A DNA stretch of 64,000 nucleotides, from the NCBI GenBank assembly GCA_030390025.1, contig CM059452.1:8432001-8496000 (forward strand). The letters run 5' to 3'. Each line of letters starts with the position of its first letter. Position 1 is the stretch's first letter. The notes under the pieces are model-generated. The model had not been told where the DNA came from, made no database searches, and was given only the letters and a program-made list of their open reading frames with translations. Origin of the DNA: Squalus acanthias. Lineage: Eukaryota. This document shows positions 35,501 to 45,990 of this stretch, one piece after another. The position numbers were made by a program, and so were the translations under genes.

Positions 35501-36400
35501 GGGCCTTACACTAAACATCCGTAAGACAAAGGACCTCTACCAATCTGCCCTCGCCACACAATACTGCCCCCCGATTATCCAAATCCACGACAAGGCCTTG
35601 GACAACGTGGACCACTTTCCATACCGCGACAGCCTACTGTCAACAAGGGCAGACGTCGATGACGAAGTCCAACACTGCCTTCAGTGTGCCACTGCAGCCT
35701 TCGGTCGCCTGAGGAAGAGAGTGTTTGAAGACCAGGGCCACAAACCCAGCACCATGCTCATGGTCTGCAGAGCAGCAGTGATACCCGCCCTGCACATGGA
35801 CCATGTAAAGCAGGCACCTCAAAGGACTGGAGAGGTACCACCAACGCACCTCCGCAAGATCCTGCAAATCCATTGGCAGGATAGGCGCACCAACGTCAGT
35901 GTGCTCGCTCAGGCCAACATCCCCAGCATCGAAGCTTTGACCACGCTCGATCAGCTCCGATGGACGGGTCACATCGTCCGCATGCCCGATACGAGACTCC
36001 TAAAACAAGCGCTCTACTCGGAGCTCCGACACGGCAAGAGAGCCCCAGGTGGGCAGAGGAAACGCTTCCAGGACACCCTCAAAGCCTCCTTGAAAAAGTG
36101 CAACATCCCCACCGATACCTGGGAATCCCTGGTCCAAGATCACACAAAGTGGAGAAGAAGCATCCGTGAAGGCGCCGAACACCTCGAGTCTCTTCGCCGG
36201 GAGCAAGCGGAAGCCAAGCGCAAAGAGCAGAAGGAGCGCACGTCAACCCAAGCACCCCACCCACCCGCCCCTTCAACCACCGTCTGCCCCACCTGTGACA
36301 GAGACAGTAGGTCCCGCATTGGGCTCATCAGTCACCTGAGAACTCATTGTTAGTGTGGAAGCAAGTCATCCTCGGTTCCCAGGGACTGCCTAAGATGAGA
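32550..36400 (+). mobile_element. Near full-length RTE-clade LINE (GC-rich repeat 5' end, APE endonuclease, RT), frameshifted
   Basis: KLGTWNVRTL..AALSETR..LLGDFN; NYRGVSLL..FFDLTKAFD..QYADD; C-terminal C2H2-like CPTC..HLRTH; probable 10-bp TSD agaagtggaa (32540-32549) / agaagttgaa (36401-36410). Confidence 0.9.
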
Positions 36401-36535
36401 AGAAGTTGAAAAGACTCAATCCATTCACACTTCGATCTGACTGAAGTGGTTTGACAAAGTTTCATTGATAAATCCCTGAGATAAATGCCACAAACCACTA
36501 AATCTCTGCTTCATTCTTTTATCTCTCTGTCACAG

Positions 36536-36544
36536 GTGAAGTGA
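36536..36544 (+). CDS. IGHM: IgM TM2 exon (VK*)
   Basis: Polypyrimidine tract + cag|gtg aag tga, completing the KVK tail; aataaa at 36608. Confidence 0.88.
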   Translation: MK

Positions 36545-37879
36545 ACGGTTGAATTTCGGACGCCGTGGATTTTCCTCATCTGTTTATTAACATCTCTGTG
36601 TCATGAAAATAAAATATGTCCTCTTGGTGATTCTCAGAGTCAAATGCCTTCAGTTAATAGATCCGAATCTGTAGCTGAGAAAATCATAACCGGGATTTCC
36701 GTCTCTGTGTTTGAAATGTGTGAGATCATCGTGACTATAATAGAAATGCATCTTACAGTTGTTTGAATGTTTCATGTGTAAATAATAACTTTTCTCGTTC
36801 CTAATCCACGATTGTTCCCTTCCCTTTATGTAGAGCCCCTGTTTTCTCTCCCTGGTGTCTGTTACAGTTGTACAGATAACTGGCAGCTCAGACCGCCTGT
36901 GATCTGGTCTCAATGTGACGCTCAGTTGTTATATTCACTTTGATGTTAACTTTTTAAAAACTTCTCTGTAAATTGTTCTGTGTGAAATTATTAATAAATC
37001 TGGAATGACAAATTAACTAACTTGGACTTTGCTGAATTCCTTTCTCCAAGGCTCCTCCACACCGCTCCCTTTTGCCTATCACACTTTGTTTTATTTCCCT
37101 GACAGGTATTTTTCACCCGTCCTGTCTGGGTTGTGTTTGAACCCAAGTCTCTCCCGTTAAGGAGCCACTGCGCCACCCAGTGTCCCATCAGAGTAACGAC
37201 ACCTTTACCCCTGCCTTTTCATGTCAAGGCCCAGAGGCGGAATGACTGCACAGCGACCTCGCAGTCCCCTCTAATATTATGGTCTGTCACAGTCACATGA
37301 CAGGTTCTATTAAAGAGCAGGGCTCTGCTCCATCACAGCCCTACAGTACAGTACATGGCAGAGTAAATCTCCCTCTACACTGTCCCTACATTACAACAGT
37401 GATTACACTTCAAAAAGTACTTAATTGGCTGTGAAACTCTTTGGGACGTCCGGTGGTCGTGAAAGGCGCTATATAAATGCAAGTCTTTATTTTTCTTTCT
37501 TTCCCATCAAACACGCCCAGGGCAGGTACAGCATGGGTTAGATATCTGACACAGGCACACCAGGAAGCACAAACACTGGGAATGATTCCCAGAGACTGGG
37601 CCGAACTGACACACAGACTCTATCGCCATCTGTTTTGTTTACACACACTCAGACGCCCAAGGCAGAGAGGAAAGAAGGAGAGACTGTATTTGATAGAGAG
37701 CAGGTGAGGGATCAAGCGGTGCCCACAGGTACATTTGGAACTTTCTGCGGCCGGTGGTCACCGCTGAATACAGGTTTTATGAAAGACGGGCAAAATTCAA
37801 TTATTATGGAATATCATTTTGGTTTTGTTCAGCCAAGTGTGCGAGTGGAGCCGTCCTCTCGGGATGGGCACCATAGAAT

Positions 37880-38990
37880 GTATTTTTATTTTGGATTCGC
37901 CCCTTTAAAGGAGACCCGAGTCCAAATGTTTCACACGGACCGAGGAATAAAGTAGGCCGAGCTCTGTGGTAACCAGTTCCAACCCTTCTCCAATCTTAGC
38001 CACACACATTAACCCTGACCCTCTGTCTCCTGTATCCCTGTTGACCTGTCTACCTGCTCTGCTCAATCTACCTGAACTCACCTAACTTCACCCCAGGGAC
38101 CATTTCTTGCTGCTCTGCTCAATGCCCTCTGAAACCATCTACCCGAACTCAATGAACATCACCCCAGGGATCCTATCTTCCTGCTCTGCTCCATTCCCTC
38201 TGATACCATCTACCTGAACTCACCGAACTTCACCCCAGGGATCATTTCTTGCTGCTCTGCTCAATGCCCTCTGATACCATCTACCCGAACTCACTGAACA
38301 TCACTCCAGGGTTCCGTCAGTGACCTTAAGATCTTCTCTCCCTGTTTCACTGAAGTTTCGCTCCTCCTCCTTTACCGTCTTATCGGATTCTTTCGGAGCC
38401 TCCCGGCCACCTGAACATCTCCAGATGTTTCTGGCCAGGCCCGAGTATCTTCCTGAATGTTCCTTCTGCTGGGGCGCTGCTTTTCCTCGAAACTCCCGGA
38501 GTTCAGGCGTGATATCTCTTGTGGTTGAATAGCACATCAGGGTAAGGGAGGGAAGAATTAGCGGCCCTTCTGCAGGGCTCGGAAGGAAGTTTGGGAATGG
38601 ATGGAGTTGGTGTTGAAACTGTCTCTGCCGCAGTCTCTCTCCCTCCCCTCTAAGCTACAATTACTTTTAGCAACCATCACTATGTCTCCCCGTCCCTGTC
38701 CTGACCCCAGGCTCGAGGACTCTCTGGCGGTGCAGGGCCCCTTTAAGACGCCCCGGGGTGACACATTCCCCCGTGGTCGGAGCCCTGAGTCAGGGGTCAC
38801 AGACTGCTCAAACTGGAACACTTTAGCTTAGAGTGGACGCTGTAGACTGCCCCTGACTCTGTCCGTGACTGAATGTGAAAAGCAGCCAATTACAGTACTG
38901 TGACATTTAGAATGGATTGTGGCGTCATCCACTGCAGGGCAAAGCGGCGGCGGCCATGTTTGTGTGACGTGCGATGTGACGTGTGACTTC
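37880..38990 (-). repeat. ~1.1-kb V-associated segment, copy 2
   Basis: Inverted homolog of 12770-13830, with an internal ~66-bp repeat at 38040-38310. Confidence 0.8.
38301..38537 (-). CDS. Hypothetical 78-aa protein of unknown family
   Basis: MCYSTTRDITPELREFRGKAAPQQKEHSGRYSGLARNIWRCSGG..; colinear without indels with the 13225 copy. Confidence 0.3.
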   Translation of the reverse strand: MCYSTTRDITPELREFRGKAAPQQKEHSGRYSGLARNIWRCSGGREAPKESDKTVKEEERNFSETGREDLKVTDGTLE

Positions 38991-39364
38991 AATTTCCACG
39001 AAAGAAAAAGTCTCCCTTTCTTAATAAAAAGGAGAAAATATGCGACAGAGATAAAGATACAGATAGCGACTTTTAACGCGGTTGACGAGTGGCGCATGTG
39101 CGAACAGTGCTCCCATTGTGCAGCGCGGCCCGTGGTCGACAAAGGAGCTTTTCTGGTCCGCTGTGCATTGTGGGAAACTCTGTCCTGCATGGCCGCTTTA
39201 ATCATTGATAGGGTGTGATACAACTGAACCACTGAATGGCAATTTATTCCAGCCTCCAGAGGGAAAGCTGAAGCACGGACAGAGCTCATTAAATATCCGG
39301 GTTCGAAGGAATACACTGAAAGAAATAACACACACAGGCAGAATATGGGAACCAGATCCTGTCC

Positions 39365-40375
39365 TATAGGTGAGGTGAGAGTGACTGCCCTTGACATTAA
39401 GGCAGCATTTGACCGAGTGTGGCATCAAGGAGCCCTAGTAAAACTGAAGTCAATGGGAATTGGGGGGAAACTCTCCACTGGCGGGAATCATACCCAGCAC
39501 AAAGGAAGATGGTTGTGTTGGTTGAAGGTCAATCAACACAGCCCCAGGAAATCGCTGCAGGAGTTCCTCAGGGCAGTGACCTAGGCCCAACCATCTTCAA
39601 CTGCTTTATCAATGACTTCCCTCCAACATAAGGTCAGAAATGGGAATGTTCGCTGATGACTGCACTGTGTTCAGTGCCATTCACAACTCCTCAGATAATG
39701 AAGCAGTCCATGCCCGCATGTAACAAGACCTGGACAACGTTCAGGCTTGGGCTGATAAGTGGCAGGGAACATTCGCGCCACACAAGTGCCAGGCAATGAC
39801 TATCTCCAACAAGCGAGAGTCTAATCACGGCAATTTTACATTCAACGGCATTACCATTGCCAAATCCCACACCATCAACATCCTGGGGGGTCACCATTGA
39901 CCAGAAAATTAACTGGACCAGCCCCATAAATACTGTGGCAACAAGAGCAGGTCAGAGGCTAGGTATTTTGCGGCAAATATCTCACCTCCTGAATCCCCAA
40001 AGCCTTTCTAACATCTACAAGGCACAAGTAAGGAGTGTGATGGAATACTCCCCACTTGCCTGGATGAGTGCAGCTCCAACAACACTCAAGAAGTTTGACA
40101 CCATCCAGGACAAAGGCGCATGGACACACCACCACCTCCAAGTTCCCCTCCAAGTCACACACCTATCCGACATGGAAATATATAACCGATCCTTCATCGT
40201 CCCTGGGTCAAAATCCTCGAACTCCCTCCCTAACAGCACTGTGGGAGTACCATCACCACACGGACTGCAGCGGTTCAAGAAGGCGGCTCACCACCACCTT
40301 CTCAAGGGCAATTAGGGATGGCCAATAAATGCTGGCCTTGCCAGGAACACCCACATCCCATAAACGAATAAAAAA
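39365..40375 (+). mobile_element. Non-LTR retrotransposon 3' fragment (CR1/L2-group RT)
   Basis: ALDIKAAFDRVWH, GVPQGSDLGP, FADD; A-rich tail. Confidence 0.85.
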
Positions 40376-40720
40376 ACGGAGCGACCAGCAGGAAGTTCCT
40401 GGCGCTGTCAGCAACCTCTTTCTCGGAGCTGATCTGAACATCGATCTATGACTTTAAGGGAAAACAGCTGATCAGCAGCAGAAAGGACAGTTTAACCGGT
40501 CGGTTCATTCTGTGATCGATCTTTCGGGCCGATTGGATTCTGCAGTTTGTTTTCTCGGCCGCTCCTGGAAACAGTTGGGTGACAGTTTGATCCGAGGTTA
40601 ATTTGGTTTCCTCTCGGTGTGTGTTTGAGCGCCTGACAGCGCGCTGCACATTGTGGCTGCATCTGCCCGCGATTCTACACAACCCCAACAGACAGGAGCT
40701 CCGCCCTACAGTCCAATGGC

Positions 40721-40759
40721 AGTTTTTGTCCGGGGGTGAGACTGCTTTCCATCACTGTG
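40721..40759 (-). other. 23-RSS
   Basis: cacagtg + 23 bp + acaaaaact on the - strand. Confidence 0.92.
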
Positions 40760-41221
40760 AGTCCCAGGGCGCAGTAATACACGGCAGCGTCAGTCAGCTG
40801 CAGCCCGGAGATGGTTAAACTGGTGAATTTAGTCGAGGTCTGGAGCACAGCAGAGAAACGGGTTTTAGCAAAATCTGCTTTATCTTCAGAACCGCTCGAG
40901 TATTTCCACAGAATAAACTCGCGCTGTGTGTCTGGGTGTTGCCGGTACCAGTATAAATAATAGCCGCTCACTGTAGTATCATAGGTACAGGTTAAAGTCA
41001 CCGCTTCTCCTTCTGTCTTAACTCCTGAGGACAGCGGCTGAGTGACAGAATCTCCAAGACTCAGATCTGAAAAACATGTTCAAACAGGAAAAGATCAGAC
41101 CGGCAGGTGTTTAAAATTCAGATTTAAATCATATCAGAAATGAGAGAAAAGATGAAATGTGGTTGGCCCTCAATTACCTGTCAGAAATGCCCCACACAGC
41201 CCAGATGCTGAGTAGCCGCAT
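40760..41221 (-). pseudogene. TCR delta/alpha V gene; V exon open but leader has +1 nt
   Basis: V exon 41066-40760: DLSLGDSVTQPLSSGVKTEGEAVTLTCTYDTTVSGYYLYWYRQHPDTQREFILWKYSSGSEDKADFAKTRFSAVLQTSTKFTSLTISGLQLTDAAVYYCALG; leader 41221-41178 is 44 nt (phase 2); removing one G from the gggg run gives MRLLSIWAVWAFLT in phase 1. Confidence 0.85.
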
Positions 41222-41559
41222 TGTCGCTGTCCGCTCTGTAAAAGGGGGGTTGGATATTTGAAGACACCCGTTCTAATCCCCGCCCTCCATAATCTGCTGT
41301 CATGTCCCAGGATGCTCTGACCTCACTTCCTGGTGTCCCCAGTGGTGCTGTGAGACCGGTAGGCGGTGAGCTGGCTGCCAGTGAATGGAAACACCCGAGC
41401 TGGACTACAGTCAGTGTCCTTATCGGGGAATGGTTCCGCTTTTAGAGACCGGGGGTGGAAAAGAGATCATTTTCTGGTTATTGTAACCGGGAAGCACAGG
41501 GTTATTAATTGGTTTGGTTTATTCCGGGGTCAATTCGTTCTCTAGAATTCCGTTCGCCA

Positions 41560-41596
41560 TACCGTCAGGACACTGGTAACCGTGACTCCAGTGAGT
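41560..41596 (+). pseudogene. Possible decayed J relic
   Basis: aca ctg gta acc gtg act cca (TLVTVTP) followed by gtgagt; no intact GxG motif or heptamer. Confidence 0.3.
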
Positions 41597-42129
41597 TTTC
41601 TCTCACGGGTCAGTGAACTAAAGAACTAACAATGATCCCGTCTGTTGTCTGAGTGATTTATAGATCCGTGATATTAGAACGATGTCGTCTGCTGTTCATG
41701 AACAAACAATTTAACAGACTTAAAGAATAAACTCTCCCTGTAATTTAAACATCATTTCAAACACCGACCCCTCCTGTGGTTTGCATTTAAAGTGCTGTTT
41801 AAAATCGATCTGGTAAGTTCTGACCTTCTTTGTGCCTGTAATGATTAATTTAAGGTTCCATAATTTTCAGATTTTGGATTTGCACTGAGAGAAAATGGAG
41901 GGAACAGCCGAGCGGCGCTTTTCAGCAATTTACTGCAAATCTGCTTAAATTGCCCGGGAGCAGAGCGCGGGAGCGGGTTCAAACCCCCAGGGTGAGGTGT
42001 AGGGCGGGCCCTCGTTAACAAGAGCTTAACACCAGAAGGGCGTGAAAAAGTGTCTTTACAACTTTCACTCACATTAGAAAAGAATGTGGTGCAGAAAAGG
42101 AAAGAAGCTACACACGGTTTCGGTATGTC

Positions 42130-45100
42130 TTTTTTTTATTCGTTTATGCGTTTTGGGCGTCTCTGACCAGGCCAGCATTTAGTGTCCATCCCTCATTGCC
42201 CTTGAGAAGGTGGTGGTGAGCTGCCTTCTTGAACCGCTGCAGTCCGTGTGGTGAAGGTGCTCCCACAGTGCTGTTAGGGAGGGAGTTCCAGGATTTTGAC
42301 CCAGCGTTGATGAAGGATCGACGATATACTTCCAAGTCAGGATTGTGTGTGACCTGGAGGGCAACTTGGAGGTGGTGGTGTTCCCATGCGCCTGCTGCCC
42401 TTGTCCTTCTAGGTGGAAGAGGTCGCGGGTTTGGGAGGTGCTGGCGAAGAAACCTTGGCGAGTTGCTGCAGTGCATCTTGTAGATGGTACACACTGCAGC
42501 CACGGTACGCCGGTGGTGGAGGGAGTGAATGTTTAAGGTGGTGGATGGGGTGCCAATCAAGCGGGCTGCTTTGTCCTGGTTGGTGACGAGCTTCTTGAGT
42601 GTTGTTGGAGCTGCACTCATCCAGGCAAGTGGAGAGTATTCCATCAAACTCCTTACTTGTGCCTTGTAAATGGTGGAAATGCTTTTTGGAGTCAGGAGGT
42701 GAGACACTCGCCGCAGAATACTCAGCCTTTGACCTGCTCTTGTTGCCACAGTATTTATGTGGCTGGTCCAGTTAAGTTTCTGGTCAATGGTGACCCCCAG
42801 GATGTTGATGGTGGGGGATTCGGTGATGGTAATAACGTTGAATGTCAAGGGGCGGTGGTTAGACTCTCACTTGTTGGAGATAGTCATTGCCTGGCGCGAA
42901 TGTTACTTGCCTCTTATCAGCCCAAGCCTGAATGTCATCCAGGATTTGGTGCATGCGGGCATGGACTGCTTCCTTATCTGAGGAGTTGCGAATAGCGCTG
43001 CACACTGGGCAGTCATCAGCGAACATCCCCACTTCTGACCTTATGATGGAGGGAAGGTCAATGATGGAGCAGCTGAAGATGGTTAGGCCTAGGACACTGC
43101 CCTGAGGAACTCCTGCAACGATGTCCTGGGGCTGAGATGATTGACCTCCAACAACCACAACCATCTTCCTTTGTATGACTCCAGCCAATGGAGCATTATC
43201 CCCCTGATTCCCATTAACTTCAGTTTTACTAGAGCTCCTTGATACCACACTCGGTCAAATGCTGCGTTGATGTCAAGGGCAGTAGCTCTCACCTCACCTC
43301 TGGAATTCAGCTCTTTTGTCCATGTTTGGACCAAGGCTTTAATGAAGTCTGGAGCCGAGTGGTCCTGGCGGAACCCAAAGTGAGCGTCGGTGAGAAGGTG
43401 CCGCTTGATAGCACTGTCGATGACACCTTCCATCAATGTTCTGATGATTGAGAGTAGACTGATGGGCCGGTAATTGGCCGGATTGGATTGCTCCTGCTTT
43501 TTGTGGACAGGACATACCTGGGCAGTTTTCTGCATTGTCGGATAGATGCCAGTTGTGTAGCTGTACTGAAACAGCTTGGCTAGTTCCGGAGCAGAAGTCT
43601 TCAGCACGATAACCGGAATGTTGTCAGGGCCCATAACCTTTGCTGTATCCAGTGCGCTCAGTCGTTTCTTGATATCACGTGGAGTGAATCGGATTGGCTT
43701 CTGTGATGGTGGGGATGATATGGATCATCCACTCAGCACTTCTGGCTGCAAATGTTCAACCTTGTCTTTTGCGCTCGCCTGCTGGGCTTCGTCATCATTG
43801 AGGATGGGGATATTCATGGAGCCTCCTCCTCCCATTAGTTGTTTAATTGTGCACCGCCATTCACGACTGGATGTGGCAGGACTGCAGAGCTTTGATCTTT
43901 TTTTTTTGTTCATGGGGTGTGGGCGTCGCTAGCAAAGCCGGTATTTATTGCCCATCCCTAATTGCCCTTGAGAAGGTGGTGGTGAGCCGCCTTTGTGAAC
44001 CACAGAGGGCAATTAAGAGTCAAGTACATTGCTGCGGGTCTGCATTCATATATAGGCCAGACCAGGTAAGGACGGCAGATTTCCTTCCCTAAAGGACATT
44101 AGAGAACCAGATGGGTTTTTACAACAATCCGGTGGTTTCATGGTCACCATTACTGATACTAGTTTTTAATTGCAGATTAATATAATTAATTGAATTTAAA
44201 TTCCCCAGCTGCCTGTGGTGGGATTTGAACTCATGTCTCCTGATCATTAATCTAGGGTCTCTGGATCACTAGTCCAGTAACATAACCACTATGCTACCGT
44301 TCTCTGATCCGTGAGATTGTGAGATCGCTTAGCTCAGTCTATAGCATGCTGCTTCCGCTGTTTAGTATGCCTGTAGTCCTGTGTTGCAGCTTCTCCAGGT
44401 TGGCACCTCATTTATAGGTGCACCTAGTGCTGCTCCTGGCATGCTCTTCTACACTCTTCATTGAACCAGGGTTGATCCCCTGGCTTGCTGGTAATGGTAG
44501 GGTGAGGGATATGCCGGGCCATGAGGTTACAGATTGTGGTGGAATACAATTCTGCTGCTGCAGATGGCCCACAGCGCCTCATGGATGCCCAATTTTCAGC
44601 TGCTGGATCTCTTCTGAGTCTATCCCATTTAGCACGGTGGTAGTGTCACACAACACGATGGATGGTATCCTCAGTGTGAAGAGGGGACTCCACAAGGACT
44701 GTGTGGTGGTCATTCATACCAATACTGTCATGGACAGATGAATCCACGACAGGTAGATTCCGGAGTCTGAGATCGAGTAGTTTATTCCCTGGTGTTGTAT
44801 ATCTCACCACCTGTCACAAGCCCAGTTTGGCAGTTATGTCCTTCAGGACTCGGCCAGCTCGGTCAGTAGTGTTGCTACCGAGCCACATTTGGCGATGGAC
44901 ATTGAAGTCCCCCTCCCAGAGTAGGTTCTACACCGTTTATCCCCACCGTTCTGACGAAAGGTCTTCGACCTGAAACGTTAACTCTGTTTCTCTCTCCACG
45001 GATGCTGCCTGGCCTGCTGAGTTTTTCCAGCGTTTTCTGTTGTTATTTCCGTTTATCTCCTCGTTGCTTCCTGCAAGAGGTTTTCAACATTGCACAGTAC

Positions 45101-45450
45101 CGATTCATCAGCTGAGAGATGGTGGGGTGGTAATGAACAGGAGGTTTCCTTCCCCTTGTTTGAGCTGAAACCATGCGCGTCATGGAGTACAGCATCAACA
45201 TAGAAGACTCCCAAGGCCACCACCCCTAGACTGTATACCGTCACCTCTGGTGGGTCTGTCCTGCTGGTGGGACAGGACATACGCAAGCATGGTGATGGAG
45301 GAGTTTGGGACCTTGGCTTGTCGGTATGATTCTGGGATCATAACTATGTCAAGCTGTTGATGAACTACTCTGTGAGACAGCTCTCCCAACTTTGGCGCCA
45401 ATCTCCAGATGTTAGTGTGAAGGACTTGGCAGGGTGGACTGGGCTGGGTG
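42130..45450 (-). mobile_element. Decayed non-LTR retrotransposon, same family as 39365-40375, with nested inserts
   Basis: GPDNIP..NYRPISLL..ALDINAAFDRVW..FADD; endonuclease-like remnants near 45200-45430; SINE-like insert about 43900-44300. Confidence 0.85.
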
Positions 45451-45990
45451 TGCTTTTCTTGTCTCCGAATTCTGTGATTATGTCGCAGCCAATGGTCCAT
45501 CCGATTATATTCTTTTGTTCCTTTGTAGCTTTTTGATACAAGTGACTAGGTTGCTGGGCCCCTTCAGAGGGCAGTTAATGGTCAACCACGTTGGTATGGG
45601 ATTGGAGTCACTTTTCGGCCAGACCGGGTATGCACAGGAGGTTTCCTTTCCTAAAGGATGCAACGTTTCCCTTTAAAACTCTGTGACCTCTATGTTTATC
45701 CATTCTATTGCATTAAAAATGAAGGTAAAATCGACTGCATTAACTTGTTTGTTCAATGACTGTAACTAACATTAAAGGTAATGAAACCTATTCTATTTCT
45801 TCAATGACTGCTGCTAACATAAATGGTGATGTCACCTAAGATGTTTGTTCAATGAGCGTGACTAACATTAATGTTGATTCTATCTAATTATGTCCATGGG
45901 GGGTTAACATCAGGTATAATAAGCGATCCTTCGAATGTCGAACAGAGCGCGTGTGGGATCCCGAACAGACATCGCTGCTTCTCACAGAAA

